This document shows positions 42,245 through 52,880 of a DNA stretch of 64,000 bases, one piece after another. Below the pieces are notes generated by a model. The model was not told the DNA's origin and did no database searches. It saw only the letters and a program-made list of their open reading frames with translations. Source of the DNA: Phycisphaerales bacterium (GTDB taxonomy: Bacteria; Planctomycetota; Phycisphaerae; WQYP01); contig DAIDJN010000084.1 of the NCBI GenBank assembly GCA_027451365.1, positions 32,001 through 96,000 on the forward strand. The letters run 5' to 3'. The position numbers were made by a program, and so were the translations under genes. Numbering within the stretch: position 1 is the stretch's first letter; each line of letters begins with the position of its first letter.

Positions 42245-45137
42245 TATTTTCTCCATCTTGCCGTCGTATACCAACAGCTTTGTGCGGGGCACCAAAACTT
42301 GGTGACCGGGTATTGACCATCACAACGTGGCGCGAAGGTGGAACTTTGAAAGATGCAGTCAGGCCGTTATGTTGCGGATGCAACGTTATAATTCGCCGAC
42401 TGGCTGCCGCTTCCACTACCAGCTTGCAGCCGCTGACCGAATTGCCGGCATCATCGAGAACCACCAGACTGTTAATTCCCGGCTTAAGCCAGCAACTCGG
42501 CAGATAAAGTCCCATCGGCATGTTGAAATCCGGATAGCGGCCCAGATTATGCCCATTGATCCACATAAAACCTGCGAATAGCGTACCAGGCGACACGCGA
42601 AGGATGGTGTGCTGACCTCCTGGATTCGGCAGCCAGGAAAATGTGGTCCGGTAAAAGCATGGAACTCCGGGCGGCGGAGAGGCTGCGGAAACTGGCTGCC
42701 AGCCTGCGGGTGCCATCGGCGATCCGATACCACCGTGAATTCGCCAATCTGTAATAATACCTTGATCAGGCAATGGCGGTATGGCGCGAACAGCTATGGA
42801 TTTGGAAGCAATGCCGACAACTGGAGCATTGCCTTTGGCGACCGGGACGGCCGATTTTACCACAGATGGATGCGCCGGCTTCACGAGCACCAGCCGCAAA
42901 GGGCGGAAAAAACCTTTGTAATCAATATAGCGGAATGGTCCGACATAGCTGCAAATTTTACTGCGATCCTGGGCAATCGCCAGAATAGCCAATTCGCTGG
43001 TACCGGCCCGCAGTTGAAGTTGAATAACCGAAGGATTTCCAAATGCAATTTTACGGCCATTCAGGAAGAAAGCGGCATAATTGCTGACGCGCGGCACCAG
43101 CAGATGATACATTCCGGATGTAGGAATTATTAATTTCGCGCGGTACCACTGATAATCGCCGGGGTAATCACCAAAGCCAAGCTGCCTTGGGCGCGCACTG
43201 GTGAGCCAGTGGCTGTCGTTATATCCGGGTTGGGCAGGCCCATCGGCAAGTCGAACCTGCCACGGGCCAAGCTGCGGTGCCGGATTGATCTGCTTTACCG
43301 GAAGCGACTGATTCTTTGGCGGCACGAACTGTGTCCAGTTGCCATGGCGATAGACATAGGCCCAGGCGGTGGGAAGTCGCAGCGGGCATTCCGTAAGCAT
43401 GCGTTCGCGCATTCCATGATTTTGCATTTTGCCCACGTACCAGGGACCGATCACAATAGATGGCGTTGGCTTATGAAGAAACCAGGTACCAGCGGCCATT
43501 CCACGGGATTCCGTCAAGATGCGAAACACTCCCTTTTTTGTGACCAGCGAATAGACTCGCGGGTGCCGACCGGGAAACCGAATGGGCAGCGCCATCGCGA
43601 TGCCGGCATTTCCGACCTTCGCGATAGAAGAAAATTCCGGCGATTTATGAAGAATAACATTGCCGGCCGCAAGGTGAAGGCGAACAATGCCCCGGGAATG
43701 AGCTGGCCCATAAACCAGCAGCGTCTGGGCACCGGCCGTGGTGCGGATTGCCAGTACGCGCGCACAAATTTCCGTCAGGTGCAACCAGGGAAGTGTTTGA
43801 AAATGAAGTTCCACTGGGAAGGTATGCCCCGGCAGAATCGTGACTGGCGTGCCACCCGGTGGCGAACATAAGTAGGGAGCGTTACCCGTATTCATGATAA
43901 ATACAATGGTGCCGGCCGGACTTTTGCGGGCATACACATGAATTCCCGTCCGCGGCGTGCCCAACCAAGCACGGTAAGGAGCGGTGGCATTCGTGCTGTT
44001 TTCCAGAACGGGCGCGAAAGACCGCGCAAAATAATTCGCCTGTTTGTAATGGTAGTACATGACCCGCAAGTCGCCCGCCTGGCCAATGGGCGAACCAAAG
44101 TCGTAGCTTGCTCGCACGGATCGACAGTTCCAGTGGGAAAAATTACTGCCCCCCACCGCCATGAAAATATTGTAGCCGCTGCCGCCAAAGGCCAACACGC
44201 GCCAGACCGCTTCCAGATGCAGCTTTTCAAATATCGCATTGACATTTCCACCGCTGCGGGTTTTTACCGGCGGTGCGGCGTTATGAATAAACTGCCAGTG
44301 AAAATAAATATCGGGATTTGCGTCGCCGTAAGCGTTGAACCAGCCGCTCCAGAGTTCCGTGGAAAACCATGGAGTTGGGCGGCCCACTGAATTAAACGAG
44401 TGCACGCCGGCAGGATTAAAGCCCTGATGGAGTCCACTGAAAAAAAACGGAACGTTGATGCCGTTTTTAAGGGCCATGGTGTGCATCCAGCGCAGATAAC
44501 GATTGTTGAGAACCGCCCCCCAGCCGGGGCCATATTCATTTTCCATTTGAACCATTACCACCGGGCCGCCATGGGTAATCTGATTTGCGGCCACCATTGG
44601 AAGCAATTTATCAAAATAAGGTGTCAGGGCGTTTATGAAAGGCGGCGTAAAGGTGCGCACCGACATGTTGGGGATAAAGCGAAGCCAGTTGGGCAAACCG
44701 CCGTTGGACCATTCACCGTTATTATATGGCCCGATGCGCAGGATGGCGTACATGTGCATTTTTTTTACAAGTGCCAGAAAGGCGCTTAGGTTTCGCCGTC
44801 CGTAAAAGGATATTTCCCCCTGTTTAGGCTCCTGATAGGCCCAGAAAATGTAGGTGGAAACCGTGTTAAACCCGGCCCGTTTCATGCGTTCAAGCCGGTC
44901 GGCCCATAAGGCCCGAGGGACACGGGCATAATGCAGCGAACCTGACGCAATAAATGTCCGCTGACCATGCAAAATGAATCCCTTTCCATCAACGCGAATG
45001 ATTTTGCCCACCGAAGCCGGCGGCGGAAACATGAGATCGTTGCCATCGCCGAATGCTGGAGTTGCAGCGGAAAGAATAACGACCAGAACGAGAAAATGCC
45101 CGATTAATCGGTTAATAAAAGGCGAGAGCCGCGACAT
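42225..45137 (-). CDS. Exported GH35 beta-galactosidase with C-terminal beta-sandwich domains
   Basis: Signal peptide; GSLHYARVP, LRIGPY, QMENEYG (acid/base), STELWSGWF (nucleophile), SYDF, WINGHNLGRY. Confidence 0.88.
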   Translation of the reverse strand: MSRLSPFINRLIGHFLVLVVILSAATPAFGDGNDLMFPPPASVGKIIRVDGKGFILHGQRTFIASGSLHYARVPRALWADRLERMKRAGFNTVSTYIFWAYQEPKQGEISFYGRRNLSAFLALVKKMHMYAILRIGPYNNGEWSNGGLPNWLRFIPNMSVRTFTPPFINALTPYFDKLLPMVAANQITHGGPVVMVQMENEYGPGWGAVLNNRYLRWMHTMALKNGINVPFFFSGLHQGFNPAGVHSFNSVGRPTPWFSTELWSGWFNAYGDANPDIYFHWQFIHNAAPPVKTRSGGNVNAIFEKLHLEAVWRVLAFGGSGYNIFMAVGGSNFSHWNCRSVRASYDFGSPIGQAGDLRVMYYHYKQANYFARSFAPVLENSTNATAPYRAWLGTPRTGIHVYARKSPAGTIVFIMNTGNAPYLCSPPGGTPVTILPGHTFPVELHFQTLPWLHLTEICARVLAIRTTAGAQTLLVYGPAHSRGIVRLHLAAGNVILHKSPEFSSIAKVGNAGIAMALPIRFPGRHPRVYSLVTKKGVFRILTESRGMAAGTWFLHKPTPSIVIGPWYVGKMQNHGMRERMLTECPLRLPTAWAYVYRHGNWTQFVPPKNQSLPVKQINPAPQLGPWQVRLADGPAQPGYNDSHWLTSARPRQLGFGDYPGDYQWYRAKLIIPTSGMYHLLVPRVSNYAAFFLNGRKIAFGNPSVIQLQLRAGTSELAILAIAQDRSKICSYVGPFRYIDYKGFFRPLRLVLVKPAHPSVVKSAVPVAKGNAPVVGIASKSIAVRAIPPLPDQGIITDWRIHGGIGSPMAPAGWQPVSAASPPPGVPCFYRTTFSWLPNPGGQHTILRVSPGTLFAGFMWINGHNLGRYPDFNMPMGLYLPSCWLKPGINSLVVLDDAGNSVSGCKLVVEAAASRRIITLHPQHNGLTASFKVPPSRHVVMVNTRSPSFGAPHKAVGIRRQDGENIKRSAD

Positions 45138-45292
45138 TCCATGCTCCAAAATAAGCAATGCAGAGAGACCGTCAGATAAACAAAGTTTCAACGCGGAATG
45201 GACTGGTCTATTGCCACTAATTTTGAAGGCAGGCGGCGTCCGTAAAGAATTGGATAAGAAAAGTTGAAGAGTTCGCTGAAGCGGTCGAAATA

Positions 45293-45739
45293 TTAAGCGC
45301 TGCGCTTCATGAATCGGAGCCAATTTCCGGAAAGCGAACCAACGGCGGCGACCAGATTGGCCGCCCGGATCGGCTTAGATAATACCACTTCCACATCCAG
45401 GTCAAACGTATTTTCATTAGGGTCCGTTCCGTCGGACTCAAGAATAGCGATCGTTTCAATTCCCTGGCTGGCGGAATTCTGACGAATTGCGTTTAACATC
45501 CGACGGGCGTCGGGATCCGAAGCGTTTAACTTAAATAGGATCACGTCCGGGCGAGGCCGACCGGCGAACGGCGCATCGCCTCGCAGATAAGGCAGTACAT
45601 CCGCCTGTCGTTTTAGCGCGATGATACGGTTGCAAATGCGGGCCTCTTCAAACGCCTTGGTCATTAAAAAGATATCTTCCGGCAAATCCTCCACGAGGAG
45701 GAAAACCAGAGGCTCAAAATTCACAGGGGACAAATCCAT
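45293..45739 (-). CDS. Single-domain receiver protein with atypical phosphoacceptor site
   Basis: LLVED...RPRPDVILFKLN...SKP. Resembles Rcp1-type receivers but has Lys where Asp is expected. Confidence 0.7.
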   Translation of the reverse strand: MDLSPVNFEPLVFLLVEDLPEDIFLMTKAFEEARICNRIIALKRQADVLPYLRGDAPFAGRPRPDVILFKLNASDPDARRMLNAIRQNSASQGIETIAILESDGTDPNENTFDLDVEVVLSKPIRAANLVAAVGSLSGNWLRFMKRSA

Positions 45740-45940
45740 GGAAGGTATCTCCTTTTCGCGACGACCAATGCCGAGGCATAGATCGAATTCTTCGGCCAAT
45801 CGATTGTCCATCATGAGCGTTAGAATTGTCTGCTTGCTGATACGGTATTGACTCCGAATTTTCAGTACGACATAAGTCAATATCTTATCGGGCGACTGGC
45901 CGGTGTTGCTTGAATTTTAATCGCCGATTAGGTTAATGAC

Positions 45941-46732
45941 ATGAAAGTGTCCGCATCCATCACCGTTACTGTATTGGGATCTGGCACATCGGCGGGCGTG
46001 CCGATGATAGGATGTCATTGCCCGGTTTGCCAAAGTTCAGACACCCGCGACCGTCGAACGCGTTGCAGTATTGTCATATCCTACGCAAACAGGCATATTC
46101 TTATTGATACCGCGCCTGAATTGCGGCTGCAGGCGATTGCCAACAGTATTGACCAGGTTGATGCGATTGTATTTACGCATGCCCACGCGGACCACATTTT
46201 CGGACTGGATGACGTTCGTCGCTACAACGCGCTTCTTCAGGCTCCTCTACCAGTTTATGCCGCACCGGAAACACTGGAAGTGTTGCTGCGAATTTTTCCG
46301 TATGCTTTCGCCCGTCAGAATGTGGATCGTATTTTCAAACCGGAACTAATTCCAACTCCGATTCAAGGCGCATTGGATATATTTGGCACCACTTGGCAAC
46401 CAATCCCGCTCTTGCACGGCCGCAACCGAGTTCTGGGTTTTCGCATCGGTGATTTTGCATATTGCACGGACTGCTCGGCGATTCCCTCCGAATCAATGCA
46501 GCTTTTGCAGGGCTTGGACGTTCTAATTATTGACGGCTTGCGTCCCCGGGTGCATCCCACCCATTTTTCATTTGATCAGGCATTGGAAGTCATAGAGGCG
46601 GTTAAACCCAGACGGGCATTTTTCACACATTTGTCACATGATTCTTTTCATGCGGATATCGAAGCCGGCCTGCCGGCCCATGTCCGCGTCTGTTTTGACG
46701 GCCTGAAACTGGATATACCAGCAGCGGATTAA
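45941..46732 (+). CDS. MBL-fold metallohydrolase, PhnP-like
   Basis: LGSGTSAGVP, CHCPVC, THAHADH, YCTD, THLSH. Confidence 0.9.
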   Translation: MKVSASITVTVLGSGTSAGVPMIGCHCPVCQSSDTRDRRTRCSIVISYANRHILIDTAPELRLQAIANSIDQVDAIVFTHAHADHIFGLDDVRRYNALLQAPLPVYAAPETLEVLLRIFPYAFARQNVDRIFKPELIPTPIQGALDIFGTTWQPIPLLHGRNRVLGFRIGDFAYCTDCSAIPSESMQLLQGLDVLIIDGLRPRVHPTHFSFDQALEVIEAVKPRRAFFTHLSHDSFHADIEAGLPAHVRVCFDGLKLDIPAAD

Positions 46733-46795
46733 GTGCCGAATCTACGGCTGAGCGGGCCGCTCTTTTTTACGACCGCGCGGCAGCTTGCCACCTGT

Positions 46796-47665
46796 CTACG
46801 ATTCCGAACCGATATTCCATTGTCGGTAAAGTGCCGCCGGCGGCGCGATGCTGATATGGGCCCGTTTTTCCAGGCGCGTTGTACCAACGCGGACGGCCCA
46901 AGCGTCGCTTTCTCCCATCCAGGCGGGGGTGCCGGCGGGCAGATCAAACAGGGGAATAGGTCGAAGGTCGTCCTTGGAAATTCCGCTCTTATAAAGTGCC
47001 AGTGGTACGAAGTGATCCGGATGGTGGATTTTGGGGGCCAGAATTTGCAGATTCTGATTCCAGTTTTCAACTAAGGCGGCGGTGGCCGCGGCAAGTCTGT
47101 CCTGGTTTCCATGGGCGGCGCTTTCGGGTTGTGTAGGATGCATCATATTCACATAGGTTCCTGCAAATTGACTGCCCATCGCGGTTTTCCGCCAACTGGC
47201 AAATGCGGCGTCGGCCCTGGCACCCAGGCCAATCACCGCTTCAATACGCGGATTGATAAGTGCGTTGAGCCACGCATGGCGATAATCTGCGACGGCAGGC
47301 ATATCTTGATACATGACGGGAGCCTTGCTGTTGGCGATCGCGTAGATGAAGGTGTTAACCATCACATAACTTCGGGAAATGCCGAGCTTTGCTAAAAAGC
47401 CGCCAATCCGCTGGCCGGCCGAACCAACCAGAATGCGGCGTACGATTATTTCCATCTGGGTCGGCACCATACCCAACACCAGCACGCGAGCGGTTCCGTC
47501 CAACCGGCCACGATGAAATACCGGTCCCCATTCCAAGTGAAAATCCATCGGTGGATAAACCGTCGCATCTGGGAAATTCGAACAAAGCGAAATGAAAGGT
47601 TCAACGCCATAGCCCGGACAAAAGGCTGGCGGAGGTGTAAAGGTGCGTTTTCGCGGTTCTGTCAT
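46796..47665 (-). CDS. Uracil-DNA glycosylase-like superfamily protein with degenerate motif A
   Basis: EWGPVFHRGRLDG, VLVLGMVP (GQDP position), LVGSAGQR, SYVMVN, IGLG, HPT. Starts 2 nt after the atzF stop. Confidence 0.65.
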   Translation of the reverse strand: MTEPRKRTFTPPPAFCPGYGVEPFISLCSNFPDATVYPPMDFHLEWGPVFHRGRLDGTARVLVLGMVPTQMEIIVRRILVGSAGQRIGGFLAKLGISRSYVMVNTFIYAIANSKAPVMYQDMPAVADYRHAWLNALINPRIEAVIGLGARADAAFASWRKTAMGSQFAGTYVNMMHPTQPESAAHGNQDRLAAATAALVENWNQNLQILAPKIHHPDHFVPLALYKSGISKDDLRPIPLFDLPAGTPAWMGESDAWAVRVGTTRLEKRAHISIAPPAALYRQWNIGSES

Positions 47666-47666
47666 G

Positions 47667-49520
47667 TCACGGTTTATAACCGGCGATCCGCTGCGTATCA
47701 ATCAGGTAACTCCGCCAGCCGCCATAAGAGGAAATATCGCGGCTGTTCTGAATCGCAGCTGGTTCACATAAAAAGCCCTTAACCCAGGATTTACTGAGCA
47801 ATTCCACATTTCCGATGCAGAGAAGCGGGGGCACCAGTTCGAGAAATTGGCCCATTTTTTCCACCGGCATTCGCCATATTTCCAACTGGATAGCCACGCC
47901 ATCCGTTTCCACGCGTACCAGTCCGGGCTTCGGTGGGGCAACTCCGGTTAGGAGATATAACCGGTAAGTCGGCGATGTTTGGTCCGACCGCACCAGCCAC
48001 GCGCCCAGGTTGGTTAATTGATGGTTCAGGGGCTGACCGGAAAGGTGTGCGCCAACCACCGCAAGGTCCATCAGACCAACTGTACGCCCATTAAGTTCCG
48101 CCGCATTTGGCGCGATGGATGCGGTAACCGGGTGAGAATCTTCTGGCAGTTCGAACGCGGACGCCAACTCCAGGATTTTGTGTTCCGCAAAACTTTCGGC
48201 AACGAAAGAAATTCCCCACGGCAGGCCATTCGCGCGGCGACCTGCCGGAACCGCTATGGCGGAACAGTCCAGTAAATTGACGAATCTGGTGTAAAATCCA
48301 AGATTGGTGTTTAACGCAATCGGGTCACGCCGAATTTCTGAACGCGTGTAAATTGTGGGAGATGTCGGCAGCATCAGAGCTCGTATGGTGCGCCATACCG
48401 GACGCAACTGGCACAGCAAGGACCGCTGCCGATGCATCGCCTGAAAGACGTCCTGGGCGGAGTAATCGCTTGAATTGGAGAAGATGTCGCGGATAATCGG
48501 AAGGCATGCCTCCGGATGCGCCTGCACAAATGGCTTTAAACCTGCAAAGCGTTCGACAATCCAAGGGCCATTGTAAAGCAATTCGCCGGCCTGCAGGAAC
48601 GGGGTATAGTCAATTTCAACAATATTAGCACCGATCTTTCGCAAGCGGGAAATGGATTCTCTATATAAACGGGCGGATTCGGAATCACCGAAAAATTCGT
48701 ATTGATCATGCCGCAATACGCCAATGTTAAATGCTCGCGGCAGCGCGCCGGGATTCTGCAGGGGCGGCGGCGTTTGAATAGAAAATTCGTCCAGGTCATC
48801 CGGCTGGCGAAGAACATTGAATACCCGCTGGGAATCACCGGCATTTATTGAAAACACTGAAACACAATCCAGAGATCGGCACGCCGGCACCACTCCGCGG
48901 GTGCTAAGCAGGCCACGGGTCGGTTTGAATCCGACAATGCCATTGAGGGCGGCGGGTATTCTGCCTGAACCGGCAGTATCGGTACCCAGCGAAAAGGCCA
49001 CATGGCCCATCGCCACGGCAACGGCGGAACCGGAACTTGACCCGCCGGAGATATATTCCGGATTTACAGCGTTCGGACATTCGCCATAGGGTGAACGCAC
49101 CCCGGCCAGACCCGTGGCGAACTGATCCATATTGGTTTTGCCAAGGCAGATGGCACCGGCACGTTCCAGCAAACTGATGACGGGCGCATTTTCCTTCGGT
49201 TGATAACTGAAACCGGGGCAGGCGGCGGTGGTAGCCAGGCCGCTAACATCAATATTGTCTTTGACGCCATAAGGGATACCGAAAAGGGGAAACTGTTCCA
49301 GAACGCCGGGAAGGGTTTGCAGAAGATGATCCAGTTTTTCGGCCCGACAGCGTAATTCGGCGGCCTGAGAAATGGAAATCCAGACAGTGGTATCCGGGAC
49401 GGTATGAATTCTTCGCAAAGACTCGTCCACCACCTGCCGAACGGTTATTTCACCTGCGGCGTATGCTCGCAAAATTGCAGCGATAGTGAATTTGAATGTT
49501 TTCAGATTCGCGTCAGTCAC
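47667..49520 (-). CDS. atzF: Allophanate hydrolase
   Basis: Amidase signature VKDNIDV, GKTNMDQFATGL, GGSSSGS, GTDTAGSGRIPA; C-domain AVVGAHLSGQPLNHQL. Confidence 0.93.
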   Translation of the reverse strand: MTDANLKTFKFTIAAILRAYAAGEITVRQVVDESLRRIHTVPDTTVWISISQAAELRCRAEKLDHLLQTLPGVLEQFPLFGIPYGVKDNIDVSGLATTAACPGFSYQPKENAPVISLLERAGAICLGKTNMDQFATGLAGVRSPYGECPNAVNPEYISGGSSSGSAVAVAMGHVAFSLGTDTAGSGRIPAALNGIVGFKPTRGLLSTRGVVPACRSLDCVSVFSINAGDSQRVFNVLRQPDDLDEFSIQTPPPLQNPGALPRAFNIGVLRHDQYEFFGDSESARLYRESISRLRKIGANIVEIDYTPFLQAGELLYNGPWIVERFAGLKPFVQAHPEACLPIIRDIFSNSSDYSAQDVFQAMHRQRSLLCQLRPVWRTIRALMLPTSPTIYTRSEIRRDPIALNTNLGFYTRFVNLLDCSAIAVPAGRRANGLPWGISFVAESFAEHKILELASAFELPEDSHPVTASIAPNAAELNGRTVGLMDLAVVGAHLSGQPLNHQLTNLGAWLVRSDQTSPTYRLYLLTGVAPPKPGLVRVETDGVAIQLEIWRMPVEKMGQFLELVPPLLCIGNVELLSKSWVKGFLCEPAAIQNSRDISSYGGWRSYLIDTQRIAGYKP

Positions 49521-49584
49521 AGGCCGCTTCCTCAATACTACTTGACACGTTCGCATTTTCCGTGCTGGAAAAAGGACTTGTTCT

Positions 49585-49941
49585 TTATAAAAACTCCACA
49601 GGCTTGTTCCAAATAATCAACACCACGCAACCGTTGCGACTGTAAACATCATGACTGGTGCCTGGTGGATTCACGATGAGGGTGCCTGCTGGAAATTCGC
49701 TGGAACCATCGGACTGACCACGTCGGAGGATGATCACATGCTCATAGTCCGCATGACGATGCAGTGGCGCACGCGCCCCAGGCTGATAGCGAAGAAGTGC
49801 CGCTGCCGGGCCGGTGCGTCCGTCACCATAAATTCTGTAAATTTCAATACCCTCGCGAAAAGGCACCCAGGGCAGCTTGTCCAGATCACAATCTGAGTCA
49901 AGAAGATTGCGAAGAACGATTTGACCCTCTAATTCAGGCAT
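49585..49941 (-). CDS. ChrR-like cupin domain protein
   Basis: [23 protein letters not shown]. Overlaps the trtA stop. Confidence 0.85.
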   Translation of the reverse strand: MPELEGQIVLRNLLDSDCDLDKLPWVPFREGIEIYRIYGDGRTGPAAALLRYQPGARAPLHRHADYEHVIILRRGQSDGSSEFPAGTLIVNPPGTSHDVYSRNGCVVLIIWNKPVEFL

Positions 49942-50614
49942 ATTCGCTTACCTCGCCAACGGCATTGAGCAGATTTTGCAATGGTGCCGTCCAGCCGACG
50001 ATGGCACCCTGAGCCTTGACCATATTTATCGTCGCCTGTTTGAATTCCGGAAAATAGCTTGCGGTGCAATCCTCCACGAGCAGGCAGTCGAAACCGCGAT
50101 CATTGGCTTCGCGCATGGAGGTTTGCACACATACTTCCGTCGTGACACCGGCGAACACCAAGTGGGTCACGGCGAGTTTGGCCAGAATTTCCAGCAGATC
50201 CGTGTGGTAAAACGCGCCCTTTCCGGGCTTCAGCAGATCGTATTCGCCGGGAATTGGCGTCAAGGCGGGAATAATCTGATTTCCCGGTTCACCATCAATT
50301 AAAATGCGTCCCAGTGCGCCTTTTTCGCCAATGCGCAACTTGGGCGATCCCCGGGAATATTTGGCGGGCGGGAGATCTGAAAGGTCAGCGTGGTGTCCTT
50401 CGCGCGTGTGAATCACGGGCCACTGGCGGGCGCGAAACAGTGCGAGCAGCTTTTGTACGGCGGGGACGATTGCCGCAAGCTGACCGACGTCGTTTCCCAG
50501 CGTGGACCCGAATCCGCCCGGCTCGATAAAATCCCGCTGCATATCAATAATAATCAGTGCCGTAGAGCGCTGGGGCATTTGATATGCATAGGGTTCAGCT
50601 TCGACGGTTATCAT
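49934..50614 (-). CDS. trtA: Triuret hydrolase-like cysteine hydrolase
   Basis: D-K-C triad (IDMQ, KPGKG, EVCV); [19 protein letters not shown] and QGAIVGW match the TrtA-type residue pattern as recalled. Confidence 0.85.
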   Translation of the reverse strand: MITVEAEPYAYQMPQRSTALIIIDMQRDFIEPGGFGSTLGNDVGQLAAIVPAVQKLLALFRARQWPVIHTREGHHADLSDLPPAKYSRGSPKLRIGEKGALGRILIDGEPGNQIIPALTPIPGEYDLLKPGKGAFYHTDLLEILAKLAVTHLVFAGVTTEVCVQTSMREANDRGFDCLLVEDCTASYFPEFKQATINMVKAQGAIVGWTAPLQNLLNAVGEVSEYA

Positions 50615-52188
50615 ACTGTCGCCAGCTCCTCAGTTGGCAAATGGCCGGCCATGGCCCGTCCGATGGCCGCAATATCGGCTTCACCGGCGGTGGTCTGAAA
50701 AATAATTCTACCATGGAAAATCACCAGGATGCGATCGGCAAGCTCCAGCACTTCATCCAGGTCTTCGCTGATGAGCAAGACCGCTGCGCCGTGGTTGCGA
50801 GCGGCCATAATCTGGGAGCGAATGTCGGCGGTGGCGTGAAAGTCCAATCCGTAACATGGATTTGCAGTGATCAGCACTTCCGAAGGCTCGGCCAGTTCGC
50901 GAGCCAGCACAGCCCGCTGAATATTTCCGCCGGATAGATTCCGAATGGGTGATTCAGGCGAAGGCGTTTTGACATTGTAACGCCGAATAAGGTCCACCGC
51001 GTACCGGCGGAGGCGGCCGCCGTGGAGAAAAAAGCCAAGGAATCGATGCGGCTTGCGATCAAAATTCCGCATGGCCATATTCTTTGTTACACTTAAATGG
51101 GCGACACAGGTGTTGTGCAGCGGTTCTTCCGGCAGGCAGTTCAGGCGATGGTCCTGAATTTCACGTCGCGTTCCATAATAGGGTTTGCCGCGCACCAGAA
51201 TGCGTCCGCCGGTCAATGTCCGTTGTCCGGCGATGACTTCGATTAAAGCCCGCTGACCATTTCCGGACACTCCAGCGATGCCGACCACTTCGCCGCCGCG
51301 AACAGACAGCGTCAGTCCATCCAAGGCTTTGACCCCGGTGGCTTCAAGGGCTTCAATATCCGACAATTCCAGTTTGACAACCCCCGGAGATTCGTCCCCA
51401 CGCGCCGCGGTCTGAACCACTTTATCCGCCCCGATCATCCAGTCGGCCATCTGGGACTGGTCCAGTTTTGAAACCGTTCCGGCACCGGCGAATTTTCCGT
51501 TGCGCAGGACGGTGCAGTCATCGGCGAATCGCATGACCTCGCGGAAACGATGCGTGATCAGGACGATGGTCAGGTCTCCGCGATGCACCATTTCCTGAAG
51601 CATACCCAGGACTTCCTCGGTTTCGCCGGGGGTCAGGGACGAGGTAGGCTCATCCAGAAACAGCAGTTTTGTTTTCAGATACAACTGTTTAAGAATTTCA
51701 AGTTTTTGCTTCTCACCGGCGGAAAGGCTGCTGATTACCATACTTGGATTTAACTTAAACGGCATGGTGGCCATGAAGGCTTCGACTTCCGCGCGTTCTT
51801 TGGCCCATGGAATAATGCGGGGGACATGCACGCGGGCGAGAACCATGTTTTCCAATACGGTCATGTTCTGTACGAGTGTAAAGTGCTGGTAGACCATTCC
51901 CATGCCCAGATCGCGAGCCTCGCGCGGGTCACGGACCGAAACCTGTTGATGGCCTAGTACAATTTCACCCCGGTCCGCGTGGTAAAACCCCATCACACAT
52001 TTGACCAGAGTGCTTTTGCCAGCGCCGTTGCCGCCCAGGAGTGCGTGAATGGTGCCGGGCCGAACTTTTAGATTCACGTCATCGAGTGCGGCCAGCGATC
52101 CAAACCGTTTGCTCATGCCGATAACTTCAAGACCTGGAGCTTTTGGTTTTACCGCCGGGGTCAAATCTGCCTCTGAGTTCAAAATCAT
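50611..52188 (-). CDS. ABC transporter ATP-binding protein (two NBDs, nucleoside/sugar CUT2 type)
   Basis: [33 protein letters not shown]. Confidence 0.93.
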   Translation of the reverse strand: MILNSEADLTPAVKPKAPGLEVIGMSKRFGSLAALDDVNLKVRPGTIHALLGGNGAGKSTLVKCVMGFYHADRGEIVLGHQQVSVRDPREARDLGMGMVYQHFTLVQNMTVLENMVLARVHVPRIIPWAKERAEVEAFMATMPFKLNPSMVISSLSAGEKQKLEILKQLYLKTKLLFLDEPTSSLTPGETEEVLGMLQEMVHRGDLTIVLITHRFREVMRFADDCTVLRNGKFAGAGTVSKLDQSQMADWMIGADKVVQTAARGDESPGVVKLELSDIEALEATGVKALDGLTLSVRGGEVVGIAGVSGNGQRALIEVIAGQRTLTGGRILVRGKPYYGTRREIQDHRLNCLPEEPLHNTCVAHLSVTKNMAMRNFDRKPHRFLGFFLHGGRLRRYAVDLIRRYNVKTPSPESPIRNLSGGNIQRAVLARELAEPSEVLITANPCYGLDFHATADIRSQIMAARNHGAAVLLISEDLDEVLELADRILVIFHGRIIFQTTAGEADIAAIGRAMAGHLPTEELATV

Positions 52189-52880
52189 CAAATAGCCTCC
52201 AGAACAGCTTGTGAAGTTCCGACCGCGCCGAAAACACCATTCTGCATTTTGACCATATTCAATGCGGCTGTGTGGTTGGCCGGGTCGGTAGCCGCACAGC
52301 AATCGGAAAGAATGAGACATTCATAACCGCGGTCATTGGCGTCGCGCATGGTGGTATGCACACAGACGTCCGTGGTAATGCCCGAAAGAATAATATTCCG
52401 GATGCCGCGCTGTCGCAGAATCAGGTCCAGGTCGGTGGCGTAAAAAGACCCCTTGCCCGGTTTGTCGATAATGGTTTCGCCCTGCAACGGCGCAAGTTCC
52501 GGCACAATATTCCAGCCGGGTTCGCCGCGAATCAGCACCCTGCCGCAGGGGCCGGGATCGCCAATTCCCGCGTGGCCCTGCCGGGAGCGCCAGCGTTTGT
52601 TGGCCGGCAGATCGGAAAGATCGGGACGGTGACCTTCCCGCGTATGGAGAATATGGAATCCGGTCTGGCGCAGGACGGATAAAATATTCCGGATTGGCGC
52701 AATACAGGCGCGGGTAATGGAGATATCGTAGCCAAGAAGATCGATATATCCGCCTTTGCCGCAGAAATCAGTCTGCATGTCAATGATTATCAGGGCCGTA
52801 TTGGCCGGACGAAGATCTCCATCAAAGGGCCACAAATACGGTTGCGATTTGACATATCGCCCCTGGGTTGGCTGTGTCAT
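52188..52880 (-). CDS. biuH: Biuret amidohydrolase-like cysteine hydrolase
   Basis: IDMQTDFCGKGGY, LPANKRWRS, KPGKGSF, GITTDVCV, MVKMQNGVFG; closely follows the rhizobial BiuH sequence as recalled. Confidence 0.87.
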   Translation of the reverse strand: MTQPTQGRYVKSQPYLWPFDGDLRPANTALIIIDMQTDFCGKGGYIDLLGYDISITRACIAPIRNILSVLRQTGFHILHTREGHRPDLSDLPANKRWRSRQGHAGIGDPGPCGRVLIRGEPGWNIVPELAPLQGETIIDKPGKGSFYATDLDLILRQRGIRNIILSGITTDVCVHTTMRDANDRGYECLILSDCCAATDPANHTAALNMVKMQNGVFGAVGTSQAVLEAI

